Made by a program: the position numbers and the translations under genes
Notes under the pieces: model-generated
Seen by the model: the letters and a program-made list of their open reading frames with translations, nothing else
Told to the model about the DNA's origin: nothing
Database searches by the model: none
Part shown: piece by piece, positions 53,052 through 64,000 of the stretch
How the letters are laid out: every line of letters starts with the position of its first letter
Numbering within the stretch: position 1 is the first letter of the stretch
Source of the DNA: Dipteris shenzhenensis
Taxonomy: Eukaryota
Reading direction: 5' to 3' (one strand)
Assembly: GCA_047967505.1 (NCBI GenBank)
Contig: CM106538.1
DNA length: 64,000 nt

Positions 53052-53297
53052 CTCGGGGGGGTCACTCATAATATGTAACCCTATCACGTGAGTTCAACAG
53101 AAGGATATTTTCTATTTCTAAAATTTACAAAAATAAATATACATAAGGGACTATTTAAAATAGTTTTGAAAAAAATTTACAGATTTGTATAGAAAAGGGG
53201 TACATTTTAGTAATGAAAAATTTACAGATAAGGGATTTTAGAAATAGGCCTTGAACGCACGTGATATAGAGGGTTTATACATAGTGACCCCCCTGAG
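53052..53297. mobile_element. MITE, 246 bp, same family as 11004-11250
   Basis: TIR CTCGGGGGGGTCACT / AGTGACCCCCCTGAG; 8-bp TSD GATTCGGA (53044-53051, 53298-53305). Confidence 0.92.
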
Positions 53298-54637
53298 GAT
53301 TCGGACATCCCAAGTTTCTCGATAGTCCAAGTTAGGTAGAAGGAGAGGGTGGGGAGAATTTAATACTTGAGCCAAATGTTCACCACCAAATAAACTTGCA
53401 ATCCTTTGTTGATAGTTTATCTTTAGACCAAAAATAATTACAACTTGAAGCTCGAAATGAGACACAAAAGGTTGATTAGGTACAAATGGATTCCTTGGTC
53501 GAAACATTACCAACCATAGCCGAGGCCTAGAAACCTTTGTAGTGAGATTGAGAATAAACCATTCAAGACGAGCTTATCCACAGGAATTAATAGGCAGATG
53601 TGCCAAATCTCCCCCCAAGCTTAGGGAGCATCCCACCCTTCAAAGAAGGACACCCTTTTAATTACCTCCGAAGCAGCAAGTAGCTCGATCACCGCACAAT
53701 GAGTAGAATTAAAATCAAAGTCTTCCCAGTGTATCACTAGTTCTTCACCTTGAATCATCCATGGTGTATCATCCCACCCATCGTCTCCTTAAACAATGCA
53801 TTGGACAATCAACCTTTGAAGGTCGACATGACGATCAAGCAAGAGATCTCGCCAATTGGTAGCCGTAATGAGTAGAGGACCAGGCACCAAATCCTTAAAC
53901 TCATCGAGAAGTGACATAAATATCCACCCTCCTTGCGTGGCATGCATCCGTGAAGTGAAGTTGAAAAAGTTTTGAATCGACGATCTAGTAGGAGATGTGA
54001 ATAGAGCACATGAAATGAAATACTTTTGCTTTTTACAACAAGAGTAAACTCCCCACGGTTAGAGAGTTACAGTTCCCGAGATTTCAATATATAAGCAAAA
54101 ATCATTACATTTTCATCACTTCCTACTTGTTGGCCCAATGATAAGTCTCCCTTTTGTGAAGGGGGAGGTCTTGGGTTTAAATCCCACTCTTTAATAAAAA
54201 GAGAGGAGAGGAGAGGAGAAGGAGAAGAGAAAGAGAAGAGAAGAGAGAGGGGAGGCGCGGGATCTGTTACAGTTTTGCAAAAACCCAGAAAAACTGTTCA
54301 CGACCAGAAGACACAGGAGCCTAGAAACCGTCGTGGTCTGTCCGTGATGCGCGCAGGTGTACACAGTGGACACGCGCAGGAGCTCAGAGAGAGCACATAT
54401 GTTGTAGTTCTACACATGCGACCGGTACGAGCAGAAGATTCACCAACCAAAATACACATAGGAACTGCAAGCAAAAAGCAGGCAGACTAAAAGTGCAGAA
54501 GTAAGGAGGTTTTGCAGCCGTAGAGACAAAAAAGGCACACAGTTTGGAGGTGCAAAAGTAGAGAACTGTGCACAGAAGAGGCCACAGAGCTGCACCCACC
54601 TAGGAGTAACAGATTTTACACCACTAGCCGTGGAGAT

Positions 54638-54659
54638 TTCGATCCCAGCAGCCATACCA
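54638..54659 (-). other. Primer-binding site complementary to the tRNA-His 3' end
   Basis: - strand TGGTATGGCTGCTGGGATCGAA, 4 nt from the LTR end; resembles the plant tRNA-His 3' end (...ATCCCAGCAGCCACACCA, recalled from memory). Confidence 0.75.
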
Positions 54660-54663
54660 TTTC

Positions 54664-54780
54664 TATTAGCCGGAAAAGAAATCAGGACAAGAGGCTAGAT
54701 ACTAAGCATGGCGACGCTCAAGGGCCATAGAGGAAAGGAGAACATGAGGGCAAAATGTTATCATGGGAGGGAAAATGGGA
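54664..54780 (-). repeat. Remnant (117 bp) of the 5' LTR
   Basis: Matches 31184-31300, then switches abruptly to CACTA sequence homologous to ~9789 of copy 1. Confidence 0.85.
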
Positions 54781-55485
54781 AGCAGCTTCTCAAAGAGATT
54801 GGATTGAGGACACAAGGAGAAAGAGAAGGAAGACGAATACAAAAAAGACTAGAAGAGAGGTGTCTTCTATCTTTTATAAAATCTCATTTTTTATCTTCAA
54901 TCCTTTGAAATCAAGCACAAAAACTAGCACATAGCCTTAGCAATACAAGGAGAAACATGCTTCAACACTCACAAAACGAAATCTCACAAAAAACGAACCT
55001 CCGTTGTTCAAAGAGACTCACCTTCTTGAAATACTTCTTTTCAAGAAAGCACAGAGGGAGAAGGTGGAGAGGGAGCACAAGTGTTAGAAGAGAGGTGAGT
55101 AGTGGTGAGGAGTGGAGAATAGAGTGGGAGGTCATCAGAAATAGGTGGGAGGAGAGATTATAGCTTACAATAGAGATTACTAAAGAAAGTGCCACACATC
55201 GCAAGGTTCGGGTTTTAACCCACAGCATTGCTATATAGCGACGCTGGTCAGTCGCTATATAGCGATGCTAGTCAGTCGCTATATAACGACGCTTATATTT
55301 AAAAGCATCACTATATAGCGACGGAATAGAGCAAATCGTCGCTATATAGCGACGGAACAGGTTAAAACGTTGCTATATAGCGATGCTTCAGGACACTTCA
55401 TGTTTGAAAGTTAAAAAAGAAGCTCATAGATACTATTTTATAACTATTAATATATTTCCTTGCAACTTATATTGTGATTTTATAA

Positions 55486-58232
55486 GTGCAGATAGAAGAG
55501 ACGAGTGGAAGGTCGTCCGATGATGCGCCAATGCCTGGGAGCACAAAGTGGCTTACGGAGAGGTTATATTGTCATTGCACTCATTGCAAGCGAGAAGTAC
55601 GACATCAATGTCGTATTATCATGCGCCACTTACAGATGTATGGGGAGGAGCCCGAACCAGTACCCACCGTTGGTGTTGCACGTGTTGATGGATTATCGGT
55701 AAGTCAAAGCTATTTAAGTTCACGGTTAATATTGGATACCATTATGGTACGAAACCTTGAGACAATATCTTATATTTACATGAAATCTTAAAACAGGATG
55801 AGGAGGCTGACGAGGGTATGCATATACCTTCACACTTTGAGCATCATATTTTCAAGCTTAGAGGGCGAATGGAGAGGAACGTCCTCCTGGTATGAAGAGG
55901 CTATTGATCGTTCACGAGCTTCCTTATTGGGTTCAGTTACAAATCAATCATCTCTTAGATCCCATTCATATCTTCAAGAATGTGGGGGCTACTATTTGGG
56001 CACACTTGGTTGGTTCCAAAGACTCGAGAGGAGTACGAGAAGACTTGCGTGCTATGAATAAGATGTCTCATTTGTGACCCCAAGTGCATGCTTCGGGAAA
56101 AGTTATCCTCCCGAAAGCAACGTGGATCCTCTCTATGAGGGAGGAGGCAGTGGTCAAGGCGGACATTGCCTCTTTTCAAACACCGACAGGGTACATGCGT
56201 TGCTTGAAAGGAGCATTTTCAAAGGACAATAAGCTTAGTGGGCTCAAGTCCCATGATTCGCACAAGGTCTTACAGGTATTCTATGCTGTAGAATTAGTGT
56301 ACCGATAATTGTGATGCGTTAGCATAATTATGATTATGTTATATTGGTGACATGACTTCTTTGTTGCTTTGATAGTTCATCCTCCCAATTACAATAAAAG
56401 GATGCTTACAAGAGATGTTAGAAATGCTATATTCAAGATCAGTGGTATTGTGAGGTATGCTTACTATCAAATTGCATTGATTGCATTTTCTTCAATTTAA
56501 GCTGATTAATCTGTAGACTAATTATGAAAATATCTTATGGACATGTGAAATAGGTGGATACCTCAAAAAGAGATCTCCATATCGAGCATCGAGAAGGCTA
56601 GGGTGGAATCCATCGAAGCCGTATGCTTGCTTGAGAAGCACTTTTCCTCGAGCATTATGACAACTCAAGTCCACTTGCTTGTACACATTGTTGATGAGGT
56701 GGCTATTGCAGGTACCGTTCATAGTCGATGGATGTTTTTTCTCGAGCAGTTTATGACAACTTTGAAGGGATTTGTAAGACAAAGAGCAAGACCAGAAGCA
56801 AGCATGGTAGAGGGATGGCTTGTGCAAGAGTCATTAGTATATATCACGGAGTTTCTTGTATCCACGGATCCTGATATGCTGCAAGCTTGTCAAAACAAGG
56901 ATGATGATCGCATCATTGGCGAGGCTCCCCAAGAAAAAGGGATTGAAAGAAATATAAGCGAAGAGCAAATGGAGAAATTCAATAAGTTTTGTATCCTCAA
57001 TAACCCTGAGATGCAGAAGTGGATTGACAGATATGAAGTGGCCAAAGCAGAAAGAATAAATGCAAGAATGAGATTCAGAGTAATGTACGGGCGATCACAA
57101 CCATATCCACGAGATCTGGCTCTTCTCCCCACTCACATGTCACTTGATTGGCTACAACTGGCTCTACGTAAAGCCGAACATGATGGAGAGACAATAAACG
57201 AGCGCGAGTGAGAGTTATCATCTGGATGTATGATGCATGTAAGTTTCTTACCTCTTGATATAATTAAGTAATTATTTGTGGCAATATATGCTATAAAATA
57301 GATGCATCTTCATTGTTTTAATGATGCTCTTTTACAGTACAAAAAGTACAGTGCATTATGGTCATATGGACGACATTTGCACGTGCAACGCGTCGATTCA
57401 AAGAGAGTCACGTATGATTATGGAGTCATGGCTAACTTCACATAAGATAGCTGAGCAAGTGCTTTGGATACCAATCTTCTCTCCTCATAGTTGGATTATT
57501 GTGAAACCATACGCGAAATATATGAAGCTGATTTCAGACGATTTAGTATTTTCATTCTTAATGTAAAATGGTTTAGAACTATTTACAACGGTCCCCATGC
57601 GATAGTGAGAAAAGATAGTAGCAGATTCTTTGCAATAAACTCCACCAAACATTGGACCAATGAAAGTAATACTTTTGTTCTTCCCGAGCACTGTGAGTAG
57701 GTGCATACTAATGATTTAATTAATTGAAGCTTTTGTTTTTAAAGATCCATTAATACATGTACTTAGGCATAATTTCATATATATAATTGATGACATCTGG
57801 CACCCATCTTCAATATAGGTGGTTTTTCATCCGAATCGTTCTGATCCAAGATGGTGTTATGTGATCCAAGTTGCACCATGAAGTAAGCAAATTTTTGAAG
57901 ATAAAGATGTGGATATGGAGATGCCACTACCAATGCCGGATCCAATTGATCCCGATGAATCTAACGAAGAAGATGAAGATCATAATATGAGCCAAGAGAA
58001 AGATGCGCATAATGACATCACACGGGAGGAAGATGGAGATCACGATATTGAGGAAGAATACAACGATCATCAAGAATCACCACACTTTATTGAAGAAGAT
58101 GATCAAGTACTTTTAGGTGAACATACGATGCTAGAGTACGATGATGATCATATAGGAGATCAACTCGATATAGAGTTAGAGATAGACTTGTTTGGCGCAT
58201 TAGACTTGGCTCAAGATGAAACAGTTGATTAA
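55486..58232 (+). pseudogene. CACTA transposase copy 2, internally deleted
   Basis: Peptides match copy 1; the region equivalent to ~6460-8775 is missing (junction ~55840); start ATG mutated to ATA; several stops. Confidence 0.92.
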
Positions 58233-58417
58233 ATGCTCTTCATTGATTTTTTTCATCTCAAACTTGGACATGAATATATGAGCTTCAAAGGCTTGATGTA
58301 CATGCTCTCATACTTTTATTCTCTCAAAAGGTCAAACATGTATGAAAATTTAAAAAAATTTGTCCTTGGAAAAAACTAACTTTCAAGGCCTATATGAGTA
58401 AAAAAGCTCTCTGGAAA

Positions 58418-58550
58418 ATGTCGCTATAAAATAGTATCTCAGTGTCGCTATATAGCGACACTTAGATTTCTGACAAACATCGCTATATAGCGACTTTAGA
58501 AATCGTCGCTATATAGCGACATTTGCTTAATGTCGCTATATAGCGACGCT
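58418..58550. repeat. CACTA subterminal palindromic repeats, copy 2
   Basis: GTCGCTATATAGCGAC, 4-5 copies. Confidence 0.85.
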
Positions 58551-59372
58551 TTACGGGATGCGCTTCCCATATCGATGATTAGCACCCTGCACGCGCTAAA
58601 CGTCGGAACTTAAACGTCGCAATAGGATCCGTGTGTAGTAGTGTGACATCTTCCTTGGGCTATAGTAGCATGCTGGAAGTTTGTCAAACCATGCAGGTCA
58701 AAAGGATATAAGGGAAGTTGAAAATATGTCGCCTTCTTGTCAAGGAGAGCAGGAAAAGCCAAGAGATCAGAAAGGTTCTAGTCAAAAGAGACATGAGGAA
58801 CCACGACACCCCAGGTTTATTCACACTTGATTTGGACGTCACATCGGGGTCATATCCAAATGCTTCAAAGAAGCTATTATACTTGAGTGCAACAGAATGA
58901 AGGACATTTGGGGGCTCGGGAGGGAGAGGAGAGGATGTCTTGTGAATCGTCCTCATCCCATCGCCGAATGATTAGAGATTTGTGAAGCCAACCTTACCCA
59001 TACAACCTTCCTCTATTTTTGCCATTCACCCTCTCCTCCTTCCTCCTGCCCATCCCTACTACTCCCATTTTGCTTATCATCCCTACTCATGTGTGTGTGC
59101 ATGCTTGAGGGCTAGCAAGGCTAGGTTTAGGTTTAGGTTTACGTTCCGTTAAGTATATAGTTAAGATTAGCATTAGCTTATGTCTTTATGGGTGACGTAT
59201 GGGGTACATGGGTGTAAATGTTAGGGGATTTTTTGGTCAAACTATGCCTAGGGTTATGGAGTGTATTGTGGGTGATGTGTAAGTTTGTATCTATGGCATT
59301 TTTTTGTAAATTATGATTTGGCATTATGTAGCCTTAGCTACTAAAAAAGTAGACCCATTACGTGCTTGTATG

Positions 59373-59374
<2 letters not shown>

Positions 59375-59435
<61 letters not shown>
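59375..59435. repeat. (CT)n(CA)n microsatellite
   Basis: Direct reading. Confidence 0.9.
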
Positions 59436-60770
59436 TGAGGAGTTACGAGGTGCACACTACCTAAGGCCTATGTTAAGTGGTAGTAGGTTTCCTTTCCTAG
59501 GGCAATCAGATGCAGGCAGCCACTCACATGGGCGAGCACCCAAATCCCCTTGAGTCTGCAATTTCTGTGGTCCCCAGGAAAGGACATGGGGAGGCTTGTT
59601 GACAGGCAACCGACCCGAGAGCATGTAGGTCGACCCTTGTCCTAATGATGTGATAACGAGTTCCATTCTTAAGGTACGCCAGCGACCATCGATCCATATC
59701 AACCGGGCTCGTGTGTCATCATTGCCAACCACGAGCTTCACGACTGTTTTCTTTTCTCTTTTTTTTGAACACACCCACACCATACTCATGCACCCGAGGT
59801 CCTATCGAGGGGCACTCGCCCTGGACCAGTGGGCAATGGGTCCACAGCTGTGGCACTCACACACACCCAACGACAAGCTAGGATTCCATGCCCCATATTC
59901 CACCAAGACTTTAACCCATGACATGAACACTCAAACCACTAGGCCAGAGCGTTGGGGATCATTTTGGCCGTTGAATTGGAACCCACTTGAGTGAGTAGGT
60001 CGGTGTGATGGCCCGTACTCGTTCTTAGTTAATTGTGGCTTGATAATATCGAAGTCAAAGTCGACAAAGGGGACCTGCAAGGTTCATAACCGAGCGTTCA
60101 TATAAGCATGAATAATCAACAAACATAACCCAGCATTCATGTAAGCTAAGCGTTCAATGCTTTCAAAGTCGCAACGATGGAGACACTCAAAGCTGCAATT
60201 TCTTCTACCTCGAGGTACGTAGCCCACATTGTTTTGAAGAAAAGGGAGTGACTGCCGCTACCATCAACCACAAAATGCAATTTCGTAACCCCACAAAAGA
60301 GAGAGACTTCGTGGAAACGGCCTAATTATTCTGCAACGAGAGATTCAAGCAACCAAATGAGCACCACGACGTAGGAGGAGCAGACATATTTTAGTGATTT
60401 GAATTTGATCACACCGATTGAACAGCATCAATCCGCCTACGACGAGCCAACTTGTAATCACTCTGTTTGACTTTCTTCCATTTGCCTGGAAAACTTGCCC
60501 CCCCCCGCAAGCTTTTGACCCGTGAGATGATACAAATAACCTCTCTGCCTCGTTGCCATAATCAGAAAACTAGCTCCCAATTCATTTCCTTGCGCCGCTT
60601 CGCTCCCGTCTTGATTCTTCTTCCTCATATAACCTTATCTTTTTTTGAGAATTGTCTCTCATTAGTACTCAGATCATAGTCTGTAAACGTTTTCTCGGCG
60701 CAGAACAATTTGACGAGATTACTCTGTCGTGAAGGGCAACCCACAGCCACAGTCTAGCCCTGTAAGCTCG

Positions 60771-61187
60771 ATGTCTACAAGCAGCAAGGCTTTGTGCCTT
60801 CTTATAATCGTCGTGATGTTGCTAGCGCTCCCAGTTGAATCTCGCAGAATGGAATCACATACTCACCACCATTCTCGAAGACGCCAGAGACAGCAGGGAC
60901 AGTACATGCTCCAAAGCCTCCCCACCTCGCCTTATACTAGCCAGAGGACTAGCAGAAGATCGCACGCACAAGAGAACACTGACGAGCAAATAAGGCTATT
61001 AGACGTCAGAAATCAAAGCACACCAACGGGCCGGGGACTAAGGTTCCGTAACCGCAAAGTCTTAAGACCTGTTACAAACCAACGGCAGTCCCTCTTCCGA
61101 GCAGCAGCTGCTCATGTGCAGTTCAACAGACTGAGCACTCCAGTTTCAGGGCCAAACCCTGGAGGCAATTCAGTACCAGCGCCGTGA
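60771..61187 (+). CDS. Small secreted signalling-peptide precursor, 138 aa, C-terminal SGP-type motif (CLE/IDA/PIP/CTNIP-like)
   Basis: Intact single exon; signal peptide MSTSSKALCLLIIVVMLLALPVES|RR; variable basic pro-region; C-terminus FNRLSTPVSGPNPGGNSVPAP*, conserved in the paralog at 16374-16582. Confidence 0.8.
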   Translation: MSTSSKALCLLIIVVMLLALPVESRRMESHTHHHSRRRQRQQGQYMLQSLPTSPYTSQRTSRRSHAQENTDEQIRLLDVRNQSTPTGRGLRFRNRKVLRPVTNQRQSLFRAAAAHVQFNRLSTPVSGPNPGGNSVPAP

Positions 61188-62491
61188 TTATCTTGTGCCA
61201 ATCACAGAAAGCGCCCTAGTCATTGCCATCAAGGTGATACAATCAAGGTGTTCGTCGTTGCCATGAAGTTGATACAATGCTAGAGGCAATTCCGCACCAG
61301 CGCCATCGAGACAAACCATGAGGAACGCCAGGGCAACATGATAGATTATTATGCACCTTTGATCTAGAAGAAACGATTCTCTCAAGGACGGATATTTCAA
61401 GAAACTCTAAGGTTAACTTCTCCAAACGTATGATAGTATGCAGAAAGAGCCTTCCGAACCCTTGCAGCCCGATAGAATGGCATTGTGATGCTCTACGTTT
61501 GTTCAAACAATGTGTATAGTACTGCGTATTTGATTGGTTTCTACAACAAACAGGGGCTACTGAAAAAGAGAAGTTGCCCAAGAAGAAAACCAAAGAATTG
61601 TATGTTTTGAATTTATCAAAATTACGGCTTTTCTATAAGAATGGATTCTTTAATTCTAGAATTCGTGGAATTGAACTATAGATTCTAAGTAATAGCAGTC
61701 ATAGCTTTTTTCAATCGTTTATAAGATGAAAATGATTTGAATATGTACCTATGAAGAACAAAACAAATTATACATGTTGAACTTAAAATTTTGTGCTTAT
61801 ATGGAACAAGTGTTTGAAAGTGTGACTCCCTATCATGTTTGAGTGAATAAAACATTAACTTTTTGAATTTCCTAAATTATTTATTCCATTCACAAAGCAC
61901 AAGGTACAAAAATATTGAAACTAGATGCCTTAATAAAAAAGGGAGGCCCTCTTTGAAAAAAATGGTATTAGCGAGTGGAAGAGGGGGGAAGGGGGGGAGG
62001 GGGATGGATTAAGGAGCAAGGGTAAGATGCCACGTGCCCTACTCAATGCATTCTTAAGGTTTTTCCAAATGTTTCCAGCTCCCTGCTCATTGCATATAAA
62101 GATGTGATCTTTCCAAATCATGCTGCCTCCTTCTCGCATATTGTTGATCTGCTACAATGCCTTCCATCCACTCGCTTTCTTCCTATCTTCCCTTGTGATC
62201 CGCCACACCGATTTGCTTGTGTACATTTCCCTCGCTGCGAAGTGAATGCACTCTGTCGTGAAATATAGCAATAGATGTGTCGTTTTAATTACGAGGACAT
62301 GCCTCACTGCTAATGGATTTTGGTAGGGGGTCAGCATGGAATGGACAATGTTACATGCTACATATCTGGATTGATTGCTTTGCTCCTTCTAGTGAAAAAA
62401 ACATTTTCGTGACTGCTCTTATTCCAGGTCACGATCCTCAGGGCGCCGCTCTTCCTCCGCCATACCCACAAACTCCTCTTCTAGGATCGAG

Positions 62492-64000
62492 AGGTATGAG
62501 GGAGTGGAAAGAATAAGTTGGTGCCCCTCATTTCTCATTCCAGGATCATGAGAGGATGGTGGCCTTTGAGGGTGGCTGGGTGGAGGAGGTGGCAAGCAAG
62601 GGGGAGGGGCAGGGTTGAGGTCGACGAGGTGATCGCAGCAGTGAGGCAGAGGGGAGGGAGTGAGAGGGTGATCACAACGAGGCTAAGGGGAGGGGCAAAG
62701 GAACGTTAAAGGTTAATTAGATTAGCTTAATTGACATTAGGGGGTTTAGCATAGGTTAATGTTTTAATTAAATTGCCAACTGATTTTTTCAATGAATCAT
62801 GAAAATTTTGTAACTTTTTTTAATCCAATCCAAATTCCTAATGCCAAGACAATTGAAATAGAAAATTACAAACCTAATGCAAAAATTTTGATGCAAATTC
62901 AATGCTCGAGCACAAAGTTAGAGAAATTTTAGAATTAGTAGAGCCATTAGTATTATCTATTTCAATGAGAGAAGGTCAAACATTAAAATACAAAATAAGT
63001 TTTAAGGTAAAGAGGAATATAGATTTCAATTGCTAAATTTATTAAAAATTTTCTCATCATATCTTCTAACATTAAAATAAAGAAAAATTAATTTGGTGAT
63101 GACATGTGGCAAGAAAAAAATTTCTACAAGCAAAGTTTTACAAACCAAGCTTACAAAAAAACATGCGTAGTCCATAATAATGGGGGTAACATTAAAATTC
63201 CATGTTAATTACAGGTTCTGTTTGTGTGTGTATGTGTGCATGAGTGCATGTTTGCACATGCATGCGTACGAGATGCCTACATCGATGTGTATGTGCATGC
63301 ACATTCCGTGTGCATGTGCGAATGCATGCACACATTTGTGCATGTATGCATGCGTAGATGCATCTGTGTGTGTGTGCGCGGGTATGCACGTGGGAGAGAG
63401 ACACTCATGTATGACCAACTTCCATTTTCATCTAAATACCCTTACACATTTTCCACAATCCTCATCACATATTCAACTATTTGCTGAATAAAACACATGA
63501 CACTTTACTATGGGTTATCTCTATAGAAGTCAATTGATCTCTCCAAGTCTATGACAAATCATTAAAGGACATGATGATAATTCCATCAAATGGGATTATT
63601 GTATGCATATATATGTATGTGTAGAGAATCACAAAGTAGTATTTTACACAACCCACTAGTTGTGCAATCTATAATGCTCTTGTCTCAAGGATAGAGTTTC
63701 AACATGGAAAAAGGTTCTTCCTCCTTTTTCCCTAATTATTGGTCATTTGTAAAGTGGAACATGCACATTTTGGCATTTTCAAACATGCAAAAGTGTGTAT
63801 TACTTATCTGTATGTGTTTGATGGTTAAGGCACTTTGAACAAACCTTTGAATAAGTATTTTCCATAAACTTGTATTTTTCCCTAAGATTTTTATGAAATT
63901 GGAGATTGCACAGCCAAAATTAATGAAATCTATGTAGTCATTTGTGTGGTGCACCTTGCACATTTTCTCTATGTTCTTCTTTTACTTTTTCTCAAGTTTG
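62492..64000 (+). repeat. Segmental duplication, copy B (matches 1336-2844; runs off the window)
   Basis: Near-identical to copy A. Confidence 0.95.

Larger units (their letters stand above)
31184..54780 (-). mobile_element. Ty3/Gypsy LTR retrotransposon (non-chromovirus-like) with aRH upstream of gag; 5' LTR truncated
   Basis: LTR identity 31184-31300 vs 54664-54780; PBS and PPT present; gag-PR-RT-RH-INT order on - strand. Confidence 0.9.
31108..58643 (+). mobile_element. CACTA copy 2 (same family, opposite orientation), internally deleted, host of nested elements
   Basis: CACTACAAGGCATAGG at 31108 matches the copy-1 right end; GTAGTAGTG ending 58643 matches the copy-1 left end; TSD TGA (31105-31107, 58644-58646). 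Confidence 0.95.

Noticed and set aside
52748-53065. Host RNase H1 gene
   Set aside because: Intronless, contains stops, and lies between PBS and gag on the element strand.
54620-54660. tRNA-His gene
   Set aside because: Only the 3' portion with encoded CCA is present, next to an LTR: a PBS, not a gene.

Overview
Eukaryotic land-plant DNA (TTTAGGG repeats, GT-AG introns, plant-type TEs; a fern/lycophyte-like genome is a guess only), almost entirely nested transposons. (1) A 12.2-kb CACTA element at 3701-15858 (TSD ATT). Its transposase (-) and second ORF (+) are divergent, and it carries a foldback MULE-like insert and a MITE. (2) A second copy of the same CACTA family in opposite orientation at 31108-58643 (TSD TGA). 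Inside it is a Ty3/Gypsy element (31184-54780, tRNA-His PBS) with an archaeal-type RNase H upstream of gag and a canonical RNase H lacking its catalytic residues. Inside that gag is a 15.7-kb Sola2-type DDD transposon (35951-51661, TSD ACTA, 29-bp TIRs) carrying a RING-H2 cargo gene and a telomere-repeat satellite. (3) The only convincing host gene is an intronless small secreted SGP-motif peptide precursor (60771-61187), with a truncated, frameshifted paralog at 16374-16582. Also present: a recent duplication with copies 61,156 bp apart, a 1059-bp tandem duplication, satellites and a MITE family with 8-bp TSDs. All calls come from reading the sequence; no searches were run.
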